This document shows, piece after piece, positions 40,760 to 50,679 of a DNA stretch of 64,000 nt. Positions within the stretch are counted from its first letter, which is position 1. Each line of letters opens with the position of its first letter. The DNA lies in NCBI GenBank assembly GCA_002412555.1, contig DHVH01000309.1:490-64489 (forward strand), in the 5' to 3' direction. Below the pieces are notes generated by a model that saw nothing but the letters and a program-made list of their open reading frames with translations, did no database searches and was not told where the DNA came from. A program made the translations under genes and the position numbers. Source of the DNA: Marinilabiliaceae bacterium UBA5213. GTDB taxonomy: Bacteria; Bacteroidota; Bacteroidia; Bacteroidales; Marinilabiliaceae.

Positions 40760-42817
40760 TTAATCAAGATAGCTACCAATGATTTCCAGAAAGTAATCTC
40801 GGGCAACAGGTTTTGAAAGATAATTATTGAACCCGGCTTTAAGCGCATTTTCCCGATCTTCATTTAGGGCATAAGCAGTCTGAGCAATAACAGGTAAGAG
40901 CGGTTTTAATCCTTTGATTATTCGTGTCGCTGTATAACCATCCATGACAGGCATTTTAATATCCATTAATACCAATGAAATATTTGGATGATTTTTTACA
41001 AAATCCACCGCTTCCTTTCCATCCCAGGCGTGGAGTATTTTAACTTTCGTTGGGGACAGTATTTCTTCAATATAACAGTAATTAAACATCTCATCTTCTG
41101 CAATAAGGATGACATGACTATCCCAACTTTGATAAAATTCCGACTCAGATGGTAAATCTTGATGACCATTGCTTTCATTGCATTTTATATAGGGAATTGT
41201 AAAGGTAAAAGTTGAACCTATACCTGGTTCTGAATTAACGAAAATACTTCCGCCAAGTTTTTCAACCAATGCCTTGGAAATGGATAACCCCAATCCGTTT
41301 CCCCCATAATTGCGGGTAAATGTTGTTTCAACCTGCCTAAAATGTTTAAAGACAATAGGCTGATCCTCCAGGGCGATGCCGATACCAGTGTCTTTGACGT
41401 AAAAAGCAATTAAGTTCTCCTTTAATTTATAGCCAAATTCGATTCGGCCCACTGAGGTAAATTTTAAGGCATTGCTCAAAAGGTTGCAAAGGACCTGCCG
41501 AAGCCTGTGCTCATCCGTTTTTGTTATGATATGCTCATTTTGGGGATCCGTTATAAGAAATAAATCAACCTTTTTTAAATCCCCCTGCTTCTTATATTGC
41601 TGAAGTAGCTCTTTCAATAATTTGTCAACATTAACAGTTTCTGATGAGATGGTAATTTGCCCTGCTTCAATTTTTGATATATCTAGAATATCATTTATAA
41701 CAGTTAAAAGTTGTTCTCCATTTGAGCCTATAATTTCAACAAATTGCTCAGTTTTTTCTTGAGTTAGGTCAGGATCTTTGAGAAGACCCGAAAACCCCAT
41801 GATTGCGTTGAGGGGAGTACGAATTTCATGGCTCATATTGGCCAGGAATGCCGACTTAAGCTTATCTGATTCCTCAGCCTTATTTTTCGAAACAATCAGG
41901 TCAGTATTTATCTTTCGAATATGGTTTATACTTTCCGTTAGCTCTTCATTAAGCGATAAATATTCTGCGTTTAAAGTATGGTATTCTATATTTTGTTTCT
42001 TCAGGTTATGTTCACTCTCTTTTAATGCAAGTTCTGTCTCCTTGCGGTCAGTGATATTGTGAACCATGCCAACCAATCCTGAAATCTGTCTTTGCTCGTT
42101 ATATATGGGTATTTTAGTGGTTAGCACCCAATGTTGTTTCCCTTTTGTATCGAAAAAAAATTCCTCGCGATTAATTACAGGTTGACCTGTTTTCATAATA
42201 GACCTATCGTCCTCGTAGCTGCGGTTGCCATTATCTTCTGAAAAGATTTCCAAGTCGGTTTTTCCAATAATCTCAGCTTCAGATTTGAATCCCATAAATT
42301 CAATATCGGCTTTATTGGCTACTATTTTACGGCACTCGGTGTCTTTTATATAAATGATATCGGGTAAATTATCTATGAGGGTGCGAAGTAGCATACGTTC
42401 GAATCTGGTGGCTTCTTCTGCCATCCTTTTTTGATTGCGGACCTCTGCTTCCCGCAATTCGCGTTCAAATGCAGGAACAAGCCGTTTAAGATTGTTTTTC
42501 ATGATATAATCATGGGCTCCAGCTTTCATAGCCGCTACAGCGGTTTCTTCTCCCATAGTGCCGGAAACTAAAATAAACGGAATATCTATTCCAGTTTCTT
42601 TAAACTTAGCCAATGCATCGAGTCCAGAGAACTTGGGCATGGAGTAATCAGAAATAATGCAATCCCAGGTTTTATGCATTAAAGCCTCACGCATGGCTTC
42701 GGCTGTTTCTATCCGCTCGTAATAAATATCGAAACCTCCGCTAACCAGTTCATCTATCTCTAAAATAGCATCGTCCTCGTTATCCTCAATTACAAGGATA
42801 TTAATTGTTTTTTTCAT
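40760..42817 (-). CDS. Cytoplasmic hybrid kinase REC-PAS-HisKA-HATPase-REC
   Basis: N-terminal REC (IISDYSMP), PAS (LIDNLPD-IYIKD...TTK-P), SHEIRTPLN and C-terminal REC. Start at MKKTIN. Confidence 0.92.
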   Translation of the reverse strand: MKKTINILVIEDNEDDAILEIDELVSGGFDIYYERIETAEAMREALMHKTWDCIISDYSMPKFSGLDALAKFKETGIDIPFILVSGTMGEETAVAAMKAGAHDYIMKNNLKRLVPAFERELREAEVRNQKRMAEEATRFERMLLRTLIDNLPDIIYIKDTECRKIVANKADIEFMGFKSEAEIIGKTDLEIFSEDNGNRSYEDDRSIMKTGQPVINREEFFFDTKGKQHWVLTTKIPIYNEQRQISGLVGMVHNITDRKETELALKESEHNLKKQNIEYHTLNAEYLSLNEELTESINHIRKINTDLIVSKNKAEESDKLKSAFLANMSHEIRTPLNAIMGFSGLLKDPDLTQEKTEQFVEIIGSNGEQLLTVINDILDISKIEAGQITISSETVNVDKLLKELLQQYKKQGDLKKVDLFLITDPQNEHIITKTDEHRLRQVLCNLLSNALKFTSVGRIEFGYKLKENLIAFYVKDTGIGIALEDQPIVFKHFRQVETTFTRNYGGNGLGLSISKALVEKLGGSIFVNSEPGIGSTFTFTIPYIKCNESNGHQDLPSESEFYQSWDSHVILIAEDEMFNYCYIEEILSPTKVKILHAWDGKEAVDFVKNHPNISLVLMDIKMPVMDGYTATRIIKGLKPLLPVIAQTAYALNEDRENALKAGFNNYLSKPVARDYFLEIIGSYLD

Positions 42818-42818
42818 A

Positions 42819-43271
42819 TCAACCGATGTTTTGCGGTGGAACCTCATTAAGCACAAGCCAATATAAACCCAGTTGCTTGATTGCTTCTGAAAATTGCTCA
42901 AAATCAACGGGTTTACGGATATAGCTATTGGCTCCTAACTGATAGCTGTTTATTATATCCATATCTTCTTTCGAAGAAGTTAGGATAATAACGGGTAAAA
43001 GCTCAGTGAGTGCATTGGAGCGAATTTGTTTTAGTACTTCCAGTCCATCCACTTTTGGCAATTTAAGATCCAGTAATATGATCTGGGGTAATAGCTTCGA
43101 ATTACGGTCTTTATATTTTCCTGTTCCGAACAAATAGTCAAGTGCTTCTTCTCCATCACGAGCAATTATTACCTCATTCTTAATGTTGTTGTCCTTAAAT
43201 GCCATTAGGGTTAATAATTCATCATCCGGATTGTCTTCAACAAGAAGAATATTTTTTGCTATAGTTGTCAT
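42819..43271 (-). CDS. Single-domain response regulator (Rcp1/CheY-like)
   Basis: ILLVEDN-DD, LLDLKLPKVDG and LGANSYIRKPVDF...YWL. Confidence 0.92.
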   Translation of the reverse strand: MTTIAKNILLVEDNPDDELLTLMAFKDNNIKNEVIIARDGEEALDYLFGTGKYKDRNSKLLPQIILLDLKLPKVDGLEVLKQIRSNALTELLPVIILTSSKEDMDIINSYQLGANSYIRKPVDFEQFSEAIKQLGLYWLVLNEVPPQNIG

Positions 43272-43275
43272 TTTT

Positions 43276-45450
43276 TTAGTTTTTAAATGTAAAATAGAAG
43301 GTGGCACCTTTATCCACTTCACCTTTGACCCATATTGTTCCCTGGTGCCTGAGCATTATTCGCTGTACCGTTGCCAGGCCAATACCAGTACCTTCAAATT
43401 CAGAAGTGCGATGAAGTCGTTGAAATGCCCCGAATAGCTTGTCCACATACTTCATATCGAAACCTACACCATTGTCCCTGATATAATAAACCGTTTGTTC
43501 ATCCTTTAAAAAAGTTCCGAATTCTATTTCTGACACAGGTTGGTTTCTTGAATATTTCCATGCATTGCCAAGGAGGTTTTGCAAGGCAATATGCATTAAG
43601 TTCCGGTCAACCTTCGCCATTATTTCCTGCTCTATTGAAAAGTTGACTTTTCTTTTAGGATTTGAAGCCTTAAGTTCTGAGGCAATTGATTCTATCATCG
43701 CTGAAAGGTTTGTTGTTTCAGAGAACATTTCAATTTGCGAGAGTTTTGCCAGTTTCAAAAGGTCGTCTATAAGGTGCCCCATTTGTTGACTGGCATTCTT
43801 AACCCGCATAAAGTAGTCTTTGCCCTGTTCGTCAAACAGCTCGCCATAATCCTTCAATAATTTGTTGCTAAATCCATCTATACTTCGCAAAGGGGCACGT
43901 AAATCATGTGATACTGAATAGGAGAATGCCTCCAGTTCTTTGTTGATGGCTTCGAGTTCCTGGGTACGTTTGGCAACCCTGATTTCAAGTTCGCTGTTAA
44001 TGTCTTGTGACTCCTTATAAAGCTTTGCGTTTTCAATGGCAAGAGCAGCGCGTTGCGCCAGTTCTTTGGCGAAATCAAAATCCTTTTCGTTAAAATGCCT
44101 TCCTGATTCTGCCAGGACAAGGGTAAGGATGCCATAAAGTTTATTACGGATAAGCAGAGGAACAATAATGACTGATTTAAGTCCTACTTTGCGTATTAAT
44201 TGCAGCTCTTCCGGATCTTTTGCAAAAGTTGTGATTAATTCATCTGAAATGTCTTTATATAATTTAGCTTCCTTGCTATTGATTACTTGATATATTCCCT
44301 GCAGGGCATGAGGATCTGATCGATATCTCTGGGCTAATTCATAGACCAATTTGGTTTTTTCCGGATCGACATGCGATGCAACTAAACACTTTAACAAGCC
44401 GCCCCCTTCAACCTCGTCTATAGCACACCAGTCTACAACTTTTGGTGTCAGCATTTGGGCGATATTTACCAGTGTGTCAGAATAATTGAGCGAAGAGGCC
44501 AGTGTTTCACTTACTTCAGTTAGGAAAGTGAGTCGCTCATTATTCTCATTCATAGCTACACGGGCCGCCTTTTCTTCCTGCAAAGCGCGTCCCAATTCGG
44601 CTGTTCGTTCAACAACCAATTGTTCAAGGTTTTCATTCAGTTTTTTTATTTCAGATTCTATTTCTTTATTTCTTGAAATGTCCCGTATGGCAGCAATTAT
44701 CATGGCATCAGCTTCCATTTCAATTTTCACGGGACTTAGACTGATCTCTACCGGGAATTCCGTACCGTCTTTTTGTTTGCCATACAATTCCATCCCTAAT
44801 CCCATGGCTCGTGCTTTTGCATGCTTGTTATAGTCCAGGCGATGTCCCACATGGCTCTTATGAAAGCGTTGAGGAATAAGGATTTCTATTTCATTACCAA
44901 TAAGCTCTTCTCTTTGAAATCCAAATAGTTTCTCTGTTTGTGCATTTACCATCTTTATTTTACCATCCTTGTCTGTAATAACCATTGAATCAGGAGCAGA
45001 CTCCAGTAAGACCATGAATTTGGCTTCTGATTTTTTTCTTGCTGATATTTCAGCTTCGAACTCTTTTGCGGTTTTCAGGGCTAATGCAACGGGGAAGAAT
45101 TTATAAATAGCGATAACCGTTATCCATGAAACAATGGCGGTCATTAGCCGTAGCAATGCGCTTAACTTATAATTTGGCCACCAAAATATGACGGCGTCCA
45201 TAAGATGCGTTAGCCCACAAAAAAGGATAAATGCTCCGAATAACCAAAATACACTTGGCAAAGGGATATTGGGTTTCTTTTTTATAAACTGTATTAAAAA
45301 GAAAGGAATAGCAAAATAAGCGGCCCAAATAGCGACATCTGAAATAATATATAGCCAACCATGAAACTCTGTCCACTCTCCGCAGTGCCATCTCGCCGGC
45401 CAGTTGTCGGTTGTGAAGAATTGTTCAAAAAATTCAGATGTCTGGTTCAT
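43276..45450 (-). CDS. Sensor histidine kinase with ETR1-like ethylene-binding domain, PAS, GAF, HisKA and HATPase
   Basis: SD--I--AYF-IP...FGAFI--CG-THL TM module; PAS (LLESAPD...KDGTEFPVEISLSP); GAF; SHDLRAPLR; LF--FQRLH. Confidence 0.88.
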   Translation of the reverse strand: MNQTSEFFEQFFTTDNWPARWHCGEWTEFHGWLYIISDVAIWAAYFAIPFFLIQFIKKKPNIPLPSVFWLFGAFILFCGLTHLMDAVIFWWPNYKLSALLRLMTAIVSWITVIAIYKFFPVALALKTAKEFEAEISARKKSEAKFMVLLESAPDSMVITDKDGKIKMVNAQTEKLFGFQREELIGNEIEILIPQRFHKSHVGHRLDYNKHAKARAMGLGMELYGKQKDGTEFPVEISLSPVKIEMEADAMIIAAIRDISRNKEIESEIKKLNENLEQLVVERTAELGRALQEEKAARVAMNENNERLTFLTEVSETLASSLNYSDTLVNIAQMLTPKVVDWCAIDEVEGGGLLKCLVASHVDPEKTKLVYELAQRYRSDPHALQGIYQVINSKEAKLYKDISDELITTFAKDPEELQLIRKVGLKSVIIVPLLIRNKLYGILTLVLAESGRHFNEKDFDFAKELAQRAALAIENAKLYKESQDINSELEIRVAKRTQELEAINKELEAFSYSVSHDLRAPLRSIDGFSNKLLKDYGELFDEQGKDYFMRVKNASQQMGHLIDDLLKLAKLSQIEMFSETTNLSAMIESIASELKASNPKRKVNFSIEQEIMAKVDRNLMHIALQNLLGNAWKYSRNQPVSEIEFGTFLKDEQTVYYIRDNGVGFDMKYVDKLFGAFQRLHRTSEFEGTGIGLATVQRIMLRHQGTIWVKGEVDKGATFYFTFKN

Positions 45451-45857
45451 AGTGATTATTTAATGGGTTAATCACAAACTATGACTGAAATTATTCTACC
45501 ATGAAAACGAGCTAATGCTAAAATTGGGGGCCCTGCAATTTTCTGATATGTTTTTATTTTCCGAATCAATTTCAGGTCCCTTTATCAAATTTACGATATA
45601 ATTACCTTATTATTGCCCTGAAGTTATTTTTATTTAAACTAATTCTAAGTAGTCGTTTGGATTTGCCTTTCTGGTAGCCATGGGGTGCTATTAATAGGCA
45701 CGAAATTGGATAAACGCAATGGAAGAATCCCTTTACGAAAATCTCAATGCCATTATTTACTTAAATGACAAGAATTATAAGTGAAGACAAGAATTTCTGC
45801 AGCGTCAAAACACTGACTAGATTTTAGTGAATTAATTCTCACAAATAGGATCATAAG

Positions 45858-45892
45858 AAAAAAGACCTGACAACAAAGTTGTCAGGTCTTTT
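45858..45892 (-). terminator. Terminator downstream of tRNA-Leu
   Basis: AAAAGACCTGACAAC/GTTGTCAGGTCTTTT inverted repeat. Confidence 0.85.
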
Positions 45893-45895
45893 AGG

Positions 45896-45979
45896 TACCC
45901 AGAGCCGGGATCGAACCGGCACAGGGGTGAACCTACTGGTGTTTGAGACCAGCGCGTCTACCAATTCCGCCATCTGGGC
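45896..45979 (-). tRNA. tRNA-Leu (CAA)
   Basis: GCCCAGATGGCGGAATTGGTAGACGCG-CTGGT-CTCAAAC-ACCAG, long variable arm, GGTTCGATCC and TCTGGGTA. Promoter TTTG-N20-TATCTTTG at 46036-46005. Confidence 0.97.
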
Positions 45980-46097
45980 AAACTTCTTTAAGATTTTTGC
46001 GTGGCAAAGATAGGATTTTGCACCTTTCCTTCCAAACAAAAAGGCACTTTAGAAAGGGATAAATTTCATTATTTTTGCAAGGGCTTAATAATCTGGG

Positions 46098-46823
46098 ATG
46101 ATACATAAGGCAAGAGGAATAGTTTTAAACCATACACGCTACGGGGAGACCAGTGCCATCGTGCATATCTACACCACCGTCTTTGGCATGCAAAGTTACA
46201 TGGTCAATGGCGCTTATGGCAAAAAGAAGAAGGGAAACATAGTATTGATGCAACCTTTGAATGTGCTTGATTTGGAAGTGTATCACCATGAAAATAAGGA
46301 TATTCACCGTATTAAGGAGTTCCGTCTGGAGGCCTTGTTATCCTATATTCCCTATTCGCAAACTCGGCGGGCACAAGCTTTTTTGCTGACCGAGATTCTT
46401 GGGCGGGTTCTTAGGGGGGAAGGGGCCAATCCCCCATTGTTTCATTTTATTGAAGAGTCCATTGGGATGTTGGATTCAGACCAGGTTGGACTCGAGAATT
46501 TCCACATTTGGTTTTTGTTTCAGTTGACCCGATTTTTGGGTTTTCAACCACATGATAACTACAGTGAGGAAATGGCCTGGTTTGATTTGGGCGAAGGTTG
46601 TTTCGTGAGCCGGGAACCGGCTCATCCGCATTATTTATCTTCAGAACTAAGTCTGCGCATTCATCAGATGGGGCAACTCGACCGCAAGGACTTGTCGGCC
46701 ATTGCTGTCCATGTGAATGAGCGTCGACAGTTGCTGGAAGCCTTGGTTTTATTTTATGAATTACACCAGCCCGGAATAGGTAAGATCAGGTCGATCAGTG
46801 TATTAAGAGATCTGTTTATTTAG
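46098..46823 (+). CDS. recO: DNA repair protein RecO
   Basis: GIVL----YGE-S-IV--YT--FG--SY, LTRFLGF-P and FDL-EG-F. Confidence 0.92.
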   Translation: MIHKARGIVLNHTRYGETSAIVHIYTTVFGMQSYMVNGAYGKKKKGNIVLMQPLNVLDLEVYHHENKDIHRIKEFRLEALLSYIPYSQTRRAQAFLLTEILGRVLRGEGANPPLFHFIEESIGMLDSDQVGLENFHIWFLFQLTRFLGFQPHDNYSEEMAWFDLGEGCFVSREPAHPHYLSSELSLRIHQMGQLDRKDLSAIAVHVNERRQLLEALVLFYELHQPGIGKIRSISVLRDLFI

Positions 46824-46983
46824 TGATTTTAATTTGAAGAAAGCGCCTGAATATTTGACCAGTGACCCCAATTCTTATTACCATCTGTGATATGTGTAGG
46901 ACAAAGGCCAAAGATTATACGTGCATTTGTAGAAAAATGGCGGTAAATTTGCTTAAGGTTGCACACATCAATACACCTTAATC

Positions 46984-48123
46984 ATGATTTATTCAAAGCT
47001 TTTTTCAATAGATTTGGGGCTCGTTGCCACCTTAAGTGAAAATGCCAGATTAGCAGGAGCCATTGATTTAGCAGGTAATTACTTGTCGGACGACCTGCCG
47101 TCCTCCATTGCCAATGATTTAAAAAATCTGCCTGATGACATGTTTAATCGGGTGGTGTCAACCTATGGGTTAATTGAGCTACGACAGGAGATCTCCAATA
47201 AAATGCGATTCCAGTTTGATCGAACTTACTGTCCCGAAAAGGAAATAACCATTACCAACGGATCCAACCATGCCTTATTCGCTGCAATGACGGCTTTTTT
47301 GGAGGAGGGGGATGAAGTCATTCTTTTTGAACCTGCCGCAGAGAATTATTTGCCCATCATTATGTTGAGCGGCGCCCGGCCAATATATGTGACACTAAAA
47401 GAGCCTGATTTTCACATCGACTGGGAAGAAGTGACGCGCAGGGTTACGGGTAATACCAAAATGATTATCATTAATACACCACACAACCCGACCGGTATGG
47501 TGTTATCCGAACTGGATATGCTGCGATTGCAGAAGGTCATAAATGGCACCCGAATAATAGTTCTGAGCGATGAGTGCTTTGAACATCTGATATACGATGG
47601 GGCTTCGCACCAAAGCGTGGCCTTGTATCCTAAACTGGCCGAATGCAGCATTATTGTCAATTCCATGTCGCAAAGCTGCCGTGTTGCATGGCCGGTAGGT
47701 TACTGCGTTGCACCTGCTGACATGATGCAACAGATTCGCTACATTTTACATGTGACCGATGGTGGTCATTTTGCCCCTTTGCAAATGCTTTTGGCCCAGT
47801 GCCTGGCCAAGAAAGAGATCTACCGTGATTTGGCGCAACGATACGGTCGAAAGCGCGATCGCTTCAATCAGATGATGACCGAGCGTACGCGCTTTGTGCC
47901 AGTCTCCACCAATGGCACTTGTTACCAGTTGTTCAGTTATGCCAAAATATCTGACGAGCGAGATAAAGAGTTTGCCAGACGATTGTTTGATGAGTTAGGG
48001 GTAGCCACCGTTCCTTTCAGCACCTTCTTTCATGAAAAGCAAAAGCGGTCCTTACTCCGGTTCAACTTCGGTCGCCCGGATGAATTGCTGGACAGGGCAG
48101 TGGAAGCATTGAGCCGTCTTTGA
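46984..48123 (+). CDS. Class I/II aminotransferase fold protein (YbdL-like), catalytic Lys apparently lost
   Basis: INTPHNPTG, LSDE--EH and LRFNF are present. The Schiff-base motif reads SMSQ instead of S-x-x-K. Confidence 0.8.
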   Translation: MIYSKLFSIDLGLVATLSENARLAGAIDLAGNYLSDDLPSSIANDLKNLPDDMFNRVVSTYGLIELRQEISNKMRFQFDRTYCPEKEITITNGSNHALFAAMTAFLEEGDEVILFEPAAENYLPIIMLSGARPIYVTLKEPDFHIDWEEVTRRVTGNTKMIIINTPHNPTGMVLSELDMLRLQKVINGTRIIVLSDECFEHLIYDGASHQSVALYPKLAECSIIVNSMSQSCRVAWPVGYCVAPADMMQQIRYILHVTDGGHFAPLQMLLAQCLAKKEIYRDLAQRYGRKRDRFNQMMTERTRFVPVSTNGTCYQLFSYAKISDERDKEFARRLFDELGVATVPFSTFFHEKQKRSLLRFNFGRPDELLDRAVEALSRL

Positions 48124-48140
48124 TACTTTCCGCTACAAAA

Positions 48141-48172
48141 TTTGAAATCTTTCGAAATTTACCCTATTTTTG
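48141..48172 (+). promoter_or_regulatory. Bacteroidota housekeeping promoter for tRNA-Arg
   Basis: TTTG-N20-TATTTTTG. Confidence 0.75.
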
Positions 48173-48206
48173 CACATCCTAAACCGGACAGGTAACTGTT
48201 CCGTGC

Positions 48207-48278
48207 GGCCTCATAGTTCAAGGGATAGAACGGAAGTTTCCTAAACTTCAGATTCAGGTTCGAGTCCTGGTGAGGCTA
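48207..48278 (+). tRNA. tRNA-Arg (CCT)
   Basis: GGCCTCA acceptor pairs with TGAGGCT; GAAGT-TTCCTAA-ACTTC anticodon arm; GGTTCGAGTCC. Confidence 0.97.
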
Positions 48279-48280
48279 CA

Positions 48281-48307
48281 AAAACCCGCTGATTATCAGC
48301 GGGTTTT
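48281..48307 (+). terminator. Terminator after tRNA-Arg
   Basis: AAAACCCGCTGA/TCAGCGGGTTTT. Confidence 0.8.
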
Positions 48308-48474
48308 GCATTACAAGTGTCCCGATCAGTGTCTTTTGCCTGCAAATGTTTACTCGTCTTATTTAAAAACCTGATTACGCTTTTTAGATGTTTGTATAGC
48401 ATTTGTTTTCAGCACTTTGTGTTTTGAGTCACGTCTCTTTTAAATAAGAAATTGAGATTAATCTATAGTTTTTT

Positions 48475-48888
48475 CTATTTTAAATTATTTAACAGCCCCG
48501 AATTTTTAATTGCAAGAACTACCCCTACAATTTGCTGATCTTGTTTTTGGGAAGAAACCTCATCTTTTATGGCATAAGACCACAATTCATTTTTATCATA
48601 TTCATCCATGGGATGAATATGAATGTACTCAGCTATTCTTACCGCATATTTTTTATTTTTGGCTGATTTTGTGTATTTCCCTTTGGGGATACCTTTAACA
48701 AATCCTTCTTCGCATAAACCAAGAAAAGCACTCTTGGGACATGACTTAATTTGGGATTCTTTGGAATCAGTAACTTCCTTCATCGCTTTTGACCATGCAT
48801 CTTTAGGATGTTGTGCAGGATGTTTTGTCAATATCTCAACAGCTAAAACAGCAGCTCTTCCATATTGATTGGAGCTATTTCTGCTCAT
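48475..48888 (-). CDS. DUF6979-like hypothetical protein
   Basis: YG--AV-A...P--AW...K-CPK-AFLGLCEEG-VKG-P-G-Y...NK-YA pattern; AT-rich. Confidence 0.7.
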   Translation of the reverse strand: MSRNSSNQYGRAAVLAVEILTKHPAQHPKDAWSKAMKEVTDSKESQIKSCPKSAFLGLCEEGFVKGIPKGKYTKSAKNKKYAVRIAEYIHIHPMDEYDKNELWSYAIKDEVSSQKQDQQIVGVVLAIKNSGLLNNLK

Positions 48889-49107
48889 ATTGGATTGTTA
48901 TTTGGATGAAAACTTCTAATTAATTCACATAAATCTACAGACTTCAAATAATAGTTCAAAATTTTATTTCAATAAATCATGCAGTTAAATTTATTTGAGC
49001 ATGAAACATATGAAAGGCTGGGACTAGTTACAAGCTCAAAAAATACTTATGCTTTTTTCCTATCTTAGCGCTTTAGCCACACAACAAATTTTAACAGACA
49101 CTCACCA

Positions 49108-50676
49108 ATGAGCGACGAACAAAAACGTTTACTGAATCAGCAGCTTTGGAATATTGCAAACACCTTGCGTGGAAAGATGGATGCCGATGAATTCCGTGAC
49201 TACATTTTGGGATTCATATTTTACAAATACCTGTCAGAAAAGATGGAGTTGTATGCCAATGAGATCCTGATTGAAGATAAAATGGAGTATTTGGATATCA
49301 ATGAAAAAAATGCAGAAGGACAGAAATACTTGGAAGCCATTAAAGAAGAGTCACTGGAAAAACTGGGTTACTTTCTAAAACCATCGGAACTTTTTAAGCA
49401 GGTGGCAAAACGTGGGAATGGAAATGGTGAAAAAGAGAGCAATTTTATCATTGAAGATATACAAAAAATCCTGATCAATATCCAGAACAGCACAATGGGT
49501 ACTGCCAGCGAAGAGGATTTTGATCATCTCTTTGAGGATATGGATTTAAACAGCACCAAACTGGGCAGAACACCAGAGCAACGCAACGAAATCATTGCAA
49601 AGGTACTTGCTCATCTCGACAAAATAGATTTTAAACTAGGACAATCCAAAATTGATGTACTGGGTGACGCCTACGAATATCTGATTGGACAGTTTGCCAG
49701 TGGAGCAGGTAAAAAGGCGGGTGAATTCTACACTCCACAACAAGCCAGTAAGATCCTGGCACGCATTGTAACCATGGGCAAGACCCGCATCAAATCCGCA
49801 TACGATCCCACAGTTGGTAGTGGTTCACTGATCCTGCGTTTAGGGAAAGAGTGCGAAGTGTTAAATTTCTATGGACAGGAGCGTAACCGAACCACTTACA
49901 ACCTGTGCCGCATGAATATGATTTTGCATGATGTGCATTTCAGTAAGTTCGACATCCAACTGGAAGATACTTTGGAACACCCGATGCACGATAAACTTAA
50001 TGCAGAAGCCATTGTGGCAAATCCTCCTTTTTCTGCTCAGTGGAGTGCCAGTCCGTTACATAGCACCGAAGACCGCTTTAGCGAATACGGAAAACTCGCA
50101 CCATCCTCCAAAGCTGATTTCGCCTTTATTCAGCACATGATTTACCATTTGGGTGAGAATGGAGTGATGGCAGTGGTAATGCCACATGGCGTGCTTTTCA
50201 GGGGTGCTGCCGAAGGACACATACGCAAATACCTGATTGAAGAAAAGAATTATCTCGATGCCGTGATTGGCTTACCTTCCAATATTTTTTACGGCACATC
50301 CATCCCCACGTGCATTCTGGTATTTAAAAAGTGTCGTGAACAACCCGATGACATTCTGTTTATTGATGCCAGTAAGCATTTCGAAAAGGTGAAGACCCAA
50401 AACTACCTGCGTGATGAAGATGTGGAACGCATTATAGAAACCTATGCCAAACGCATTACAATTGACAAATACAGTTATGTAGCCAGGCTGGAAGAAGTAA
50501 GGGAGAATGATTACAACCTGAACATTCCCCGATATGTGGATACCTTTGAAGGAGAAGAGCCCATAGATATTGCTGCAGTAGCATCGGAACTGAAAGAACT
50601 TGACAATGATATGAAAGCCATCGATGAAACCATTGAGAAATATTGCAGTGAACTAAACATCTCAACACCATTTTAA
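49108..50676 (+). CDS. hsdM: Type I RM methyltransferase subunit
   Basis: LW-IAN-LRG-MD--EFRDYILG, GEFYTP, YDPT-GSGSL, ANPPFS and YNLNIPRYV. Confidence 0.96.
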   Translation: MSDEQKRLLNQQLWNIANTLRGKMDADEFRDYILGFIFYKYLSEKMELYANEILIEDKMEYLDINEKNAEGQKYLEAIKEESLEKLGYFLKPSELFKQVAKRGNGNGEKESNFIIEDIQKILINIQNSTMGTASEEDFDHLFEDMDLNSTKLGRTPEQRNEIIAKVLAHLDKIDFKLGQSKIDVLGDAYEYLIGQFASGAGKKAGEFYTPQQASKILARIVTMGKTRIKSAYDPTVGSGSLILRLGKECEVLNFYGQERNRTTYNLCRMNMILHDVHFSKFDIQLEDTLEHPMHDKLNAEAIVANPPFSAQWSASPLHSTEDRFSEYGKLAPSSKADFAFIQHMIYHLGENGVMAVVMPHGVLFRGAAEGHIRKYLIEEKNYLDAVIGLPSNIFYGTSIPTCILVFKKCREQPDDILFIDASKHFEKVKTQNYLRDEDVERIIETYAKRITIDKYSYVARLEEVRENDYNLNIPRYVDTFEGEEPIDIAAVASELKELDNDMKAIDETIEKYCSELNISTPF

Positions 50677-50679
50677 GAT

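Noticed and set aside
45851..46039. 62 aa ORF
   Set aside because: Overlaps tRNA-Leu along with its promoter and terminator.
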